Below are positions 1 to 9,234 of a stretch of 50,681 bases of DNA, piece after piece; within the stretch, counting starts at the first letter, position 1; each line of letters starts with the position of its first letter. The position numbers were made by a program, and so were the translations under genes. The stretch is from Promethearchaeota archaeon (GTDB taxonomy: Archaea; Asgardarchaeota; Lokiarchaeia; Sigyniarchaeales; SOKP01). Below the pieces are notes generated by a model. It saw only the letters and a list, made by a program, of their open reading frames with translations, was not told where the DNA came from and did no database searches. The stretch is taken from NCBI GenBank assembly GCA_048940445.1, contig JBHLON010000026.1, positions 1 to 50,681 on the forward strand. The letters are read 5' to 3'.

Positions 1-2
1 GA

Positions 3-92
3 AACCTTGTGAAAGATCTCCGATATGAAATTGAAGTCTACATGTCTGGAACAGAAGCTATGCCAATGATTGGACTTCAGATGCCCGAATAG
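3..92 (+). CDS. 3' end of a small hypothetical protein, paralog of 13795..14133 (truncated by window edge)
   Basis: Manual translation NLVKDLRYEIEVYMSGTEAMPMIGLQMPE* aligns with FEYRIEVWSNAEEAYSSIGQKPPE* of 13795..14133; oligo-T tract follows at ~114-134. Confidence 0.8.
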   Translation, partial: NLVKDLRYEIEVYMSGTEAMPMIGLQMPE

Positions 93-201
93 AAATAATA
101 AATGTTGGTAAAATTTTTAATCTTCTTTTTTTTTCATAGTGATTGAATTTTTATTCAATAAATAGTTTCTTCTAGTAATTTAGCAGGGGAAGTATGTTAT
201 C

Positions 202-1146
202 ATGAAAACTAAATTTTTAGAAAAACAGATGCGAAAAATAGTATTCGACCGGATGCCAAATTATGTAGAAGATGCTCAAGAAACGATTAAGGCTCTACCA
301 GAATCACCTGAATATGGATTTTTTACTTGGTTTAGAATTTTTCGAGAGAAGAATATAAAAGTAGAACCTAAGATAACCTTTCGGGCTATTCCTTATGGTT
401 TAAGAGCCATACTAGGTATCCGGAAATCCTTTAGAGACCTTAAAAAAAATCCAAAAAATCCCGTTACTTCAATAACTCCAGAAAGGTTGCATGAATTTGA
501 AGAATATGCGAAATCTATTGGTGTGGATAAGATCGGATACACTAAGCTTACACCAGAGCTTATTCTTGAAAGCGTAGAACTTCTCTACGATAATATGATT
601 GTATTAATAAAGGAGATGGATAAAAATCTCATAGACATGGCACCCCATAAAAAAACAATGGCGATGATTATGAAAACCTATTTTCAGATGGGAAAGCAAG
701 TTAACAAACTCTCTAAATTTTTACGTAAAAAAGGCTTTAGTGTCCACGCCGGACCAGCTCTTGCAGGATTATCGGTGTATCCCGTACTTGCTCAAAGGGC
801 AAATCTAGGAGCAATAGGTAGGCATGGATTATTAATTACTCCTGAATTTGGACCGAGACAACGAATTGCTGTTATTTATACAAATATTACGAATTTACCA
901 TTGGCAGAATCTAATTCATATGAATATATTTCCGACTTTTGTCAGAAGTGTGTGAGATGTATGCAAACTTGTCCTACTAACGCTATATACGATAAACCCA
1001 TTCAAAAAGCGTATGGAAGATTGACTCATATCGATGTAGAACAATGCGCTAAGGGATTCTTGTACTATGGGTGTAGTATATGTATAAAAGAATGTACATT
1101 TAATAAGAATCCTCCAGAAAAGATGAATCGGATTGTGTACAAGTAG
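202..1146 (+). CDS. Reductive dehalogenase-like / QueG-like cobalamin-dependent 2x[4Fe-4S] protein
   Basis: ANLGAIGRHGLLITPEFGPRQR motif, CQKCVRCMQTCP and C-x8-CSICIKEC cluster motifs; no TAT signal. Confidence 0.75.
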   Translation: MKTKFLEKQMRKIVFDRMPNYVEDAQETIKALPESPEYGFFTWFRIFREKNIKVEPKITFRAIPYGLRAILGIRKSFRDLKKNPKNPVTSITPERLHEFEEYAKSIGVDKIGYTKLTPELILESVELLYDNMIVLIKEMDKNLIDMAPHKKTMAMIMKTYFQMGKQVNKLSKFLRKKGFSVHAGPALAGLSVYPVLAQRANLGAIGRHGLLITPEFGPRQRIAVIYTNITNLPLAESNSYEYISDFCQKCVRCMQTCPTNAIYDKPIQKAYGRLTHIDVEQCAKGFLYYGCSICIKECTFNKNPPEKMNRIVYK

Positions 1147-1200
1147 TCCGGGAAAAAAGAAAATTAAAGAAAACAGGAGCTCATTAATTAAACAATTGAT

Positions 1201-2001
1201 TTAGCCTCTAAATCTTTTTTGAAGTGTTTTTTCGTGTAGTACAAAAGCCAAAATAAGAAAACTGAATCCAAATATTAAAAGATAACCAAAATCAATGAGT
1301 AGGCCAAAGGATCCAAAAGCACTTTGTTCTCCAAGAACTATATTTAAAGTATCCAAGAAATAACTTAAAGGAGAAATTAGTACTAGGGGATTCATTATAA
1401 TAGGCATAAATAACGGGCTGATGAATATTATGGGAAATTTGATTAGTATTGTAAGAATCATAGTCGAGGCTGGAGAGTCTGTTGGAGGTGCTGAGAGAAT
1501 TAAGCTGAATGAAGAAAATGAAAATGCTGCTAATATAATCCCCGGTATCAAGATCAATAAATTAATACTTTTCCATAGCTCAAAAAAGATTATGCCTAAT
1601 AATAGAGGAACTGTGGAAAATATACAGCCAAAAATGAATGAGCTCCAGACATTTCCAAGGAGTATTGTTCTTATAGAAACGGGACAAGTAATTAATCGTT
1701 CCAGAGTTTTTTGTCTTGTTTCCCAGGGGAAAACTACTGGTCCAATAGAAGTAGACGTTAAAAAAAGCACCATTGCCATTAAACCTGAAATAATATAAAC
1801 TGGGATAATCTGTCTTCCAACTGTAAATGCCAGAAAGAGCATAATTGGAAAGAGAATCCCTTGGATGACCACCGGACCTTTATTATAATATATGCGTAAA
1901 TCCTTTCTACTAATTGCAAAAGAACGTTTAATTTGAGTAATAAAGTTATCAAATTTAGATTGTACTTCAAAAATCTCTTCCTTAATTGCCCATCCCTCCA
2001 T
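1201..2001 (-). CDS. ABC-2 type exporter permease (start uncertain)
   Basis: About 6 TM segments, WETRQKTLERLITCP and SPLSY motifs; coupled to the upstream ATPase. Confidence 0.9.
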   Translation of the reverse strand: MEGWAIKEEIFEVQSKFDNFITQIKRSFAISRKDLRIYYNKGPVVIQGILFPIMLFLAFTVGRQIIPVYIISGLMAMVLFLTSTSIGPVVFPWETRQKTLERLITCPVSIRTILLGNVWSSFIFGCIFSTVPLLLGIIFFELWKSINLLILIPGIILAAFSFSSFSLILSAPPTDSPASTMILTILIKFPIIFISPLFMPIIMNPLVLISPLSYFLDTLNIVLGEQSAFGSFGLLIDFGYLLIFGFSFLILAFVLHEKTLQKRFRG

Positions 2002-2917
2002 TAATTGCGTTAATGAATACTTCTTCTAAAGATGCTTCTGGAGTATTGATCTTTTTAATCTTAATGTTCTTTAATTTTGTAAGTTTAATTAATTGTTCAA
2101 TCGCTTTATCTAAATCCTTGATGGTAATATGATAATAATCTTTTACTTTTTTGACAGAATTAATCTCGGTTAATTCTTCAATTTCAGATAGCTCAATTTC
2201 CTTCGAAAGATGGAGAATAATAGGTTGATATTCATTTTCTATGGTTCGTAAATTCTGAGGTGTATCCAATTTTATGATTTTGCCTTTATTAATTATTGCA
2301 ATTCTATCACATAATTCATTTGCGACATCCATATTGTGGGTCGTTAAAAAGATGGTCAAACCATTTTTATTATATTCTTTTATTAAATTTTTTATAATAA
2401 TACTGGATTGTACATCTAAGCCAGATGTAGGTTCATCTAAGAACAGAACCTTAGGCTCACTCATGAGAGCCATACATAACAGCAATCTCTGCTTCATTCC
2501 TTTCGAATATTTTTTTGCTAAACTGTTTCTTCTTTCAAATAATTCAAATTTCTTAAGAAGGTTTAAAGCTCTTTCTTTTCGTTGTTCTTTAGGAATGCTG
2601 TACAGTTCACCAATAAAGTAAAGATTTCTTAATCCCGTTAGATCCATATAGACATTAGCCTCTTCTGGAACATTCCCAAGAATCTGTTTAATCAAAGTCT
2701 GGTTTTTCCATATATTTTTCCCATAAATTTCTATTTTACCTTGGGTGGGTTTCAATACTCCTGTCATCATTCTGATTGTTGTTGTTTTTCCCGCTCCATT
2801 CGGACCAAGAAATCCAAAAATCTCTCCTCCATTTACAGAAAAGCTTACATCATCAACAGCTCTAATTTCACCAAAATACTTAGAGAGATTACTGACATGA
2901 ATAACACTTGAATCCAA
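1982..2917 (-). CDS. ABC exporter ATP-binding protein (DrrA/CcmA-like)
   Basis: Walker A GPNGAGKTT, signature YSKGM, Walker B LFLDEPT, H-loop; TTG start with GAGGTG SD. Confidence 0.95.
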   Translation of the reverse strand: MDSSVIHVSNLSKYFGEIRAVDDVSFSVNGGEIFGFLGPNGAGKTTTIRMMTGVLKPTQGKIEIYGKNIWKNQTLIKQILGNVPEEANVYMDLTGLRNLYFIGELYSIPKEQRKERALNLLKKFELFERRNSLAKKYSKGMKQRLLLCMALMSEPKVLFLDEPTSGLDVQSSIIIKNLIKEYNKNGLTIFLTTHNMDVANELCDRIAIINKGKIIKLDTPQNLRTIENEYQPIILHLSKEIELSEIEELTEINSVKKVKDYYHITIKDLDKAIEQLIKLTKLKNIKIKKINTPEASLEEVFINAINGGMGN

Positions 2918-2946
2918 TCGTAAAACACCTCTTATTTTAATAATTT

Positions 2947-3117
2947 TTACTTCTCTTCTTTTTTTACTTCTTCTATTTGAACATGCTTTAAAAGCTCGTT
3001 GATTGGCTGATCACCGTGGCATTTTATAATTTGATTCAGAGAGCAATATCCACCTGGAAATTTATTTCTAACTTCTGGTTTATCACAGGCACATTTATTT
3101 ACTTCTTCAATCTTCAT
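2947..3117 (-). CDS. 56-aa Cys/His-rich small protein, not in ORF track
   Basis: Manual translation MKIEEVIKCACDKPEVRNKFPGGYCSLNQIIKCHGDQPINELLKHVQIEEVKKEEK*; co-oriented and 29 nt upstream of the ABC ATPase. Confidence 0.75.
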   Translation of the reverse strand: MKIEEVNKCACDKPEVRNKFPGGYCSLNQIIKCHGDQPINELLKHVQIEEVKKEEK

Positions 3118-3182
3118 AGATTCTAACCCTACTTTTTATTATAATTTATTTGGAATTAAAGTTTTTCATAAAAATTTTAATC

Positions 3183-3225
3183 AGTTAAATGCTAGGTTTA
3201 ACTAATCAAACTATATATTTAAATA
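3183..3225. promoter_or_regulatory. Inverted repeat AGTTAAA-N7-TTTAACT next to a TATA-like element; probable operator in a divergent promoter
   Basis: Perfect 7-bp arms at 3183-3189 and 3197-3203; TATATATTTAAATA at ~3212-3225; lies between the mini-protein/ABC operon and the ArsR-like gene. Confidence 0.5.
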
Positions 3226-3269
3226 TTTCTATATTTTATTTATATTATAAAATATTGGTGTAATGGGAT

Positions 3270-3620
3270 ATGACAAGGGAGATAAATCTTGAAAATATAG
3301 GTCAATACATAAAAGCCTTACATTGTCAAATAAGATGGGTTCTAATAGACATTTTAAAAGATGGGCCTAAATCATCTGACGAAATTTTTACATTTCTCAA
3401 AGATATCGATAAAAAAGCAGATTATGATAATATGTGTCGCGGAATGTGTAATAAAGGAGATTTCAAGGACTTAAAAAAGGCTTCGCTTTATTATCACCTT
3501 AGAGAGCTAGAAAGCGTGGGAATAATTGAAGCAGAGTTTCAAGCCAGTGAGAGTGGAAGGGCTCCTGAGAAATTGTGGAAGTTAAATTTGGATAAATTAG
3601 TCATTAATTTTAGGGATTAA
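3270..3620 (+). CDS. ArsR-family winged-helix transcriptional regulator with a Cys-containing insertion
   Basis: KALHCQIRWVLIDIL...SLYYHLRELESVGII...GRAPEKLW; insertion MCRGMC. Confidence 0.85.
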   Translation: MTREINLENIGQYIKALHCQIRWVLIDILKDGPKSSDEIFTFLKDIDKKADYDNMCRGMCNKGDFKDLKKASLYYHLRELESVGIIEAEFQASESGRAPEKLWKLNLDKLVINFRD

Positions 3621-3749
3621 GATTCATAACTTCATTAATACCTCACGTAGTTTTTCTTCCTTTAGAAAAATTATTTAGATAAGTAAATTGAATTAAATCT
3701 TGGATGTTCAACTAGATTCGATTTTTCAATCAAGTAGGCTAATATATCT

Positions 3750-4631
3750 TCAAAAATTATAACTAGTTTCAAAGAATTGTGTTGTAATCTCCCAAAGAAA
3801 TTGTAATTTTAGTTTTTTACCCTTGATATCCTTAATTTTTAATGATGATATGTCAACTCTTTTGGTTCTCCAAGTACCAGTAAAGATAAGATTATACCAT
3901 TTCTCCCCATTTGAACCACTATCGATCGATAATTGTGGTTGACTGGCGAGATTGCTCCATTTCTGGCAAAATATGAAGAAAATATTCTTCCGGAATAGAA
4001 ATCCTTCGGGATGCAAAATTAACATCTTATTTCGAGCTGAAAAAAAAGCAACCAAACCTATTGTTAATGTTGAAGCAAGTAAAATTATAACTGTTTGAAC
4101 ATCAAAAGAAAAAATTGTACTTATTGCAATGGCTGTATTCACGATAATGATTAAGAACAAAGCCATATAACGTGGATCACCTTTTAAAACAATAACTTCC
4201 CCTTCACCCATTTTGCGCCTTAATTCAGATGAATTTTGAACTATATTTCTTCGATCCTTTCCCATTTTTAATAAAAGGTTTCTGAATTGGGAGATATCGT
4301 TATTAGAAGTTGGGATTATAGTTTTCACATCTAGCAGGGGTATCCCTGTAGTCGTGGCAATTTGCTCGGGAGTAGCGTTCGGATTGTATCGAAGCTCCTC
4401 AAGAACCAAATTACTTAACTTAATGTTAATGTTATGTCTTTTCATTATGTCCCAGATTAGTATAAACATGATTACAAGCCCGAGTCCTAACCAAATAAAA
4501 CCGAACCAGTTGATCCCGAAATTCCAGAACATATTAAAGAACGCAAATATGCTCCATATGATGAATATAGTTGCTATGAAAAATCCAAAACCATATGATA
4601 ATCTTTTATGATATTTCATTTTAATTTTCAC
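3750..4631 (-). CDS. Hypothetical membrane protein (2 TM + HTH-like segment + 2 TM + soluble domain); start possibly 4619
   Basis: 293-aa ORF with hydrophobic segments; NPNATPEQIATTTGIPLLDV resembles an HTH. Confidence 0.7.
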   Translation of the reverse strand: MKIKMKYHKRLSYGFGFFIATIFIIWSIFAFFNMFWNFGINWFGFIWLGLGLVIMFILIWDIMKRHNINIKLSNLVLEELRYNPNATPEQIATTTGIPLLDVKTIIPTSNNDISQFRNLLLKMGKDRRNIVQNSSELRRKMGEGEVIVLKGDPRYMALFLIIIVNTAIAISTIFSFDVQTVIILLASTLTIGLVAFFSARNKMLILHPEGFLFRKNIFFIFCQKWSNLASQPQLSIDSGSNGEKWYNLIFTGTWRTKRVDISSLKIKDIKGKKLKLQFLWEITTQFFETSYNF

Positions 4632-5017
4632 CCTTTACTTTTCTTTTTTCACTTTTTTTTCTCTTCTTATTATTTCAACACAATCAGTACATTTCTACAT
4701 GCGTATTAGAATTTATAAAACAATCAAAATTTTCGCAAGATTATTATAAGAGTTTTATAAAATTAGTGGATAATGTAAAATTACTTATACTTTTCAAGTA
4801 AGAGTTGTAATTTATCCCTGTTTCCTGATTTTATTTAAAATTATTTTCTAGACCTACTTAAAAAGTTAATAAAATTTAATTAAATGCTTATTCTATAATT
4901 TCAAGATTAAAATAAGCTTAAATGCACTTCATAAACTCTTTTTAATAGAAGGAAAACCTCTTCATTCATATAAACTTTGATAAAGAATATAACGGCACAT
5001 AACATCTAATTAATTAG

Positions 5018-5602
5018 ATGCCATTCACACCTTATCATTTAGGACCTGGTTTATTGATTGGGTTACTATTTCTTGACTTAATTGATTTCCCTACAATTCT
5101 TATTGCAAGTGTAATAGTGGATATTGAACCTTTTTTTGTTTTAATTTTTAATTTAGATTACCCTCTTCATGGTTTTTTCCATAGCTTTTTGGGAGGTACT
5201 ATAGTTGCTCTTATCCTTACCTTGATAATGACGAAAGTTAGAAAATATTTCACTCCTATTATGTCATTCTTTAAACTCAAACAAAAAATTTCTTTTATGA
5301 GAATTTTATTAGCCTCTCTAATTGGAATTTATGTTCATATTTTACTAGATTCTTCAATGTATACAGATATTCGACCATTTTTTCCATTTGATTTTAATCC
5401 TTTTTATAGAACTGCTAGTTTACTTGGTTTAACAGAAACCATTATATGTATATGGTGTTTCATAGCAGGATTAATTATTTATGGAATAAGATTGATTATC
5501 ATTGGAATAAAACAACGACGTAAGAATCATAAAGTTAATAACATTAAAATGTCAAAAGTTTTTCTTAAAATAGAAATAAAAAATTTTTTTAATTTGAATT
5601 AA
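5018..5602 (+). CDS. Membrane-bound metal-dependent hydrolase (YdjM/DUF4184-like)
   Basis: MPFTPYH, D-x-E, HGFFHS, HILLD and PFFPF motifs. Confidence 0.85.
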   Translation: MPFTPYHLGPGLLIGLLFLDLIDFPTILIASVIVDIEPFFVLIFNLDYPLHGFFHSFLGGTIVALILTLIMTKVRKYFTPIMSFFKLKQKISFMRILLASLIGIYVHILLDSSMYTDIRPFFPFDFNPFYRTASLLGLTETIICIWCFIAGLIIYGIRLIIIGIKQRRKNHKVNNIKMSKVFLKIEIKNFFNLN

Positions 5603-5611
5603 GTAGTATTT

Positions 5612-6382
5612 TTATTTTCTCGCAGTAAAAATCCCAAAACCAGAGATATTTTCATATATTATACCTTTAAAACCATTTTCATTGAGTAAATACTCCCAGT
5701 AATCTTTATTTTTAAAAACAAAGCAGCACAAACCACAAAATGCTATTAGTTGCCATGAGGTTCGGTTCCATTCACTTAAGTAAAGATAACCACCAGGTTT
5801 TAAAACCCGATAGAGTTCTTGTATTGCTTTAATTTTATCGTTTGGATCATGCACTTCATGCAGTACTGAAGAAACATTCACAATATCGAATTTATTTTCA
5901 TCGAAAGGGATCTCTATAGCAGAACCATATTGAAATGTTGTTTTGTCTTCAACTTTTTCAATTCTAGCATTATTTTGTACTGTATATAAAGCATTACCCG
6001 GAATTGCCAATTTTGAATAAATGTCAATACCATATAAATGGCCTCCATTCCTGAATGCTTTAGCAATTCTTAAAGCGGTTCTCCCTGTTCCACACCCTAC
6101 ATCTAATACTTGTGGATTTTTGATTTGATCTAATGCTTTCATTCTGGCAAGTAAGTTTATTTTTGGTATTTTTCGCAATAGCATTAGATGCATCATAATC
6201 ATACCAATTCCGGACCATAAAAATATAAGCATTAGGGCAATCCCACCAGTAATGAGGATGATACCCCATAAACCTAGGATAATTATTCCGTATATCAATG
6301 CAGTTAATCCCAGTAATCCAATTATAGTAAATCCTATAATTAGATTCTTTACATACCATCCATATTTAGGTTTTTCTTCCAT
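5612..6382 (-). CDS. Class I SAM-dependent methyltransferase with N-terminal TM helices
   Basis: VLDVGCGTG, LKPGG; hydrophobic N-terminus. Confidence 0.9.
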   Translation of the reverse strand: MEEKPKYGWYVKNLIIGFTIIGLLGLTALIYGIIILGLWGIILITGGIALMLIFLWSGIGMIMMHLMLLRKIPKINLLARMKALDQIKNPQVLDVGCGTGRTALRIAKAFRNGGHLYGIDIYSKLAIPGNALYTVQNNARIEKVEDKTTFQYGSAIEIPFDENKFDIVNVSSVLHEVHDPNDKIKAIQELYRVLKPGGYLYLSEWNRTSWQLIAFCGLCCFVFKNKDYWEYLLNENGFKGIIYENISGFGIFTARK

Positions 6383-6394
6383 CCTCGTTTCTAC

Positions 6395-6928
6395 CTATAC
6401 TTTAATAAAATTATATTGCTTATCCTTCTTTTCAGATAATTTGAATAGCCCTTCAGAAGTTATGAAATCTATAATTTCATTTTCTTTCAAATGATGGTCA
6501 TCAAATGAGAGTGTTGATGTAGGTTTTAAGACTCTATGAAATTCCTTTAATATATTGTATCTATAAGATATATCATGAATAACATCAAAGCAGATCACTA
6601 CATCGATACTTTCGTTATCTAATCCAGTAGCACAATCTGTTTGAATTATCTCAATATTATTGTATCCATTTTTTTCTGCTTTTTTACTCACCTTTTCAAG
6701 TGCTAATGGATGAATGTCTGCAGCAATTACTTTCCCATTTGGCTTTACCACTTCAGCAGCTACGATTGTATAACTTCCAGAACCACACCCATAGTCTAAA
6801 ACAATATCACCTTGTTTAATATTGGCTTTTCTAATTTTTTCTATAGGAGGGTGAAATCTATCTCGAATTTTAAAGAAAAATGACATAAATCTAAAATCGA
6901 TATTTGACTGTTTTTTATTCTTTTTCAT
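6395..6928 (-). CDS. Class I SAM-dependent methyltransferase
   Basis: VLDYGCGSG, ADIHP, HRVLKP. Confidence 0.9.
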   Translation of the reverse strand: MKKNKKQSNIDFRFMSFFFKIRDRFHPPIEKIRKANIKQGDIVLDYGCGSGSYTIVAAEVVKPNGKVIAADIHPLALEKVSKKAEKNGYNNIEIIQTDCATGLDNESIDVVICFDVIHDISYRYNILKEFHRVLKPTSTLSFDDHHLKENEIIDFITSEGLFKLSEKKDKQYNFIKV

Positions 6929-7373
6929 TTAAACCACCTTCATCATCTTCCTGAATATCCTCGAAATCTCCTAGAAATGCTTGAAATAACTTTGCAGCGA
7001 AGTTTTTCAGTCTTGTTGCTTTCATAAAGGCAATTCCTTTTTCAATATCTCCAAATACCAGAATTAGATCTCCAGAGTTTATTTTGAAGGTTTCTCGAGC
7101 ATCTTGTGGAATAACTATTTGTCCTCGTTCACCAACTTTTGCAGTACCAAAATAATGTTCATGATTTTTTAGCTTTTTTATATCTATATCAATATTTTTA
7201 GCTAAACCTAACCCTTTATTTAATTCACCAGCAATATGTACATCATCTTTAGCTTCAATTCCAAAAATCTCTCTAGCTTTAAGGGGAATAACTATTTGTC
7301 CTCTCTCTCCAACTTTTACAGAGCCAAAAAAAAATTTACCCTTTTTTCCAGGAAATTCAGTTACTTTAATCAC
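6915..7373 (-). CDS. Tandem AbrB/MazE/SpoVT-domain DNA-binding protein
   Basis: Two copies of (F/Y)FG(S/T)(V/A)KVGERGQIVIP..ARE.F.I. Confidence 0.9.
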   Translation of the reverse strand: MIKVTEFPGKKGKFFFGSVKVGERGQIVIPLKAREIFGIEAKDDVHIAGELNKGLGLAKNIDIDIKKLKNHEHYFGTAKVGERGQIVIPQDARETFKINSGDLILVFGDIEKGIAFMKATRLKNFAAKLFQAFLGDFEDIQEDDEGGLNEKE

Positions 7374-7393
7374 CTTTTTTAATTCATATTAAA

Positions 7394-7450
7394 ATGATCA
7401 TACCAATATGATCATACTGATATGATCATACGAATCATACTATTTAAATA
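7394..7450. promoter_or_regulatory. Three ATGATCATAC boxes at 14-bp period plus TATA box; probable autoregulatory operator of the AbrB-MTase operon
   Basis: Copies at 7394, 7408 and 7422, half-site at 7434, TATTTAAATA at 7441-7450. Confidence 0.75.
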
Positions 7451-7620
7451 TATTGAAAAGTAGATTTCTTTATATTCATAAATTCTTAATCAAAGGAAAT
7501 GGAATTAATAAGACAGCTTGATTCGAAATTTGGGCAATGGATAAAGGAGGAGCTTGATAAAATTCTTAAAGAATCTCCTTATGACGATAATTTATAATTA
7601 CTGAATCATTTGTATTTAGT

Positions 7621-9063
7621 ATGCATAAGGGATTTATTGAGCGTAACGAACCAGATGATATAAGAAAAAGAATGTTTGACAGAATAGGTGAGATAGAAAG
7701 AGAGCACGAATTATATAAACTTGATATAGATGAAATCGCTGAGAAAATTGCTCAAACAGATTTGTTATCAGACAGTCTTGTTACAATAGTAGCTGAAGTT
7801 TCAACTAATTATGCTTATTTCAAACACATAAGTAAAAGAGCATCCATTGAAAAACTTGAAGAACTAACAGAGCACCCTAATTATGTCGTGCAATGTTATG
7901 CTTTTGCGGCGCTCACTCAAAGAGCTCCTGATAGGCTCTATAAAATAATAATGTCTAAGCTACATATTACAAAAAAAATAAAAACAATAGGATTTGATAT
8001 TTTGGGAAGTGTCAAAGTTGCTGATTTCTTTATTTATGAAGGTTTGCCCTTTCTTACAGCAGAACAATATTATAATATCGTTGAAGAAGTGTTTAAACAT
8101 AACTATGACCTTGATTTCATATCAAATTATTTCTTAGAATTGAATCCTGAGGAAAAACATTATGATCGGGTAAAAAAATATGTTACAGAATTCTATAATC
8201 CTTACGCGCTTCTGGCTTTAGCGAAGTATCAAAAGAATTCTGATTTAGAACTTATTAAAAGTTTTTCTCATTCAGAATCATGGGAATTTTATAAAGCAGT
8301 ATGGATTTTTCCGCATCCTTCGTTTTGGAATGCATTATTGAAAAATCAACAAGGAGGAGTAGGAAATACGAAATTTTATCCGGCTAACCTTGAAGCTTTA
8401 TACGCAGCTATTTCCACATATCATAATAATGAAGCATTAGATGTTTTAACAAATACCTTTGATAGAATTAAAAATCGAGATTTTGTAAAATATCATGCAG
8501 AAGCAATTTTCAGGGCAGTAAAGGATTTTAAAGACGGTTTTTATGATAAACTGCTATTTAAACTTTGGAAAGATTACAATCAGACTAATTTAGAAACATT
8601 TGAATACCTACTAGAAAAATATTCAGATATTTCACTAGAAATGATCTCTCTTTCGGTAAATAATCCCGATAAATTATATGAATTGCTCAGTAATAGGTAT
8701 AATTTTAAAGATAGGATAATGGGGGACAAAAGGCTTGCAGAGAAAATGATTAGAATATTTATCGCTGAAGATAAAGAAGGTGCTTTTAAAGCAATTAAAA
8801 GAAATATCCTTGAACAAGATGTCTTCTATTTGCCAATATTTACTAAAATAATTACCGAATTTTCTGATGATAAGTTTATTGACGTTTTATTTGAAAGATT
8901 TTCGAATGATAAGAATTATCATGTTTTCTGCGAAATTGCTAAATGTCTTTTAGATTATAAATCACCTGAAGTTAACAGCAGACTACTCAAAACTGTTGAG
9001 AACAGATCATATTTAAACAGAAACAGGGATTTAAGGGAAATTTTAAGAAATAAAAATCTTTAG
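7621..9063 (+). CDS. Hypothetical alpha-helical (HEAT/ARM-like) protein
   Basis: 480-aa ORF; LEELTEHPNYVVQCYAFAAL is HEAT-like; amphipathic helices throughout. Confidence 0.7.
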   Translation: MHKGFIERNEPDDIRKRMFDRIGEIEREHELYKLDIDEIAEKIAQTDLLSDSLVTIVAEVSTNYAYFKHISKRASIEKLEELTEHPNYVVQCYAFAALTQRAPDRLYKIIMSKLHITKKIKTIGFDILGSVKVADFFIYEGLPFLTAEQYYNIVEEVFKHNYDLDFISNYFLELNPEEKHYDRVKKYVTEFYNPYALLALAKYQKNSDLELIKSFSHSESWEFYKAVWIFPHPSFWNALLKNQQGGVGNTKFYPANLEALYAAISTYHNNEALDVLTNTFDRIKNRDFVKYHAEAIFRAVKDFKDGFYDKLLFKLWKDYNQTNLETFEYLLEKYSDISLEMISLSVNNPDKLYELLSNRYNFKDRIMGDKRLAEKMIRIFIAEDKEGAFKAIKRNILEQDVFYLPIFTKIITEFSDDKFIDVLFERFSNDKNYHVFCEIAKCLLDYKSPEVNSRLLKTVENRSYLNRNRDLREILRNKNL

Positions 9064-9234
9064 CTTAATATGGTGAGTAGATAGTATCCAAATAAGTTAT
9101 TATACAAATAAAGAATTATTCTAAAGTTCAAGTTATTCAAAAACTTTTTAGAGTGAACTCATTAGGTATAACTAAGTTTAAATATGAAAAATAATAATTA
9201 ATTCATAGAATTCCAAGAGAAAGCACATTTAAAA

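Noticed and set aside
1421-1798. Antisense 125-aa ORF that is also present at 43988..44365
   Set aside because: It is the shadow of the duplicated hydrophobic permease; its conservation follows from the sense gene.
7394-7440. Short direct repeats as a CRISPR array
   Set aside because: 10-bp units with 4-bp spacers and no cas genes; fits an operator.
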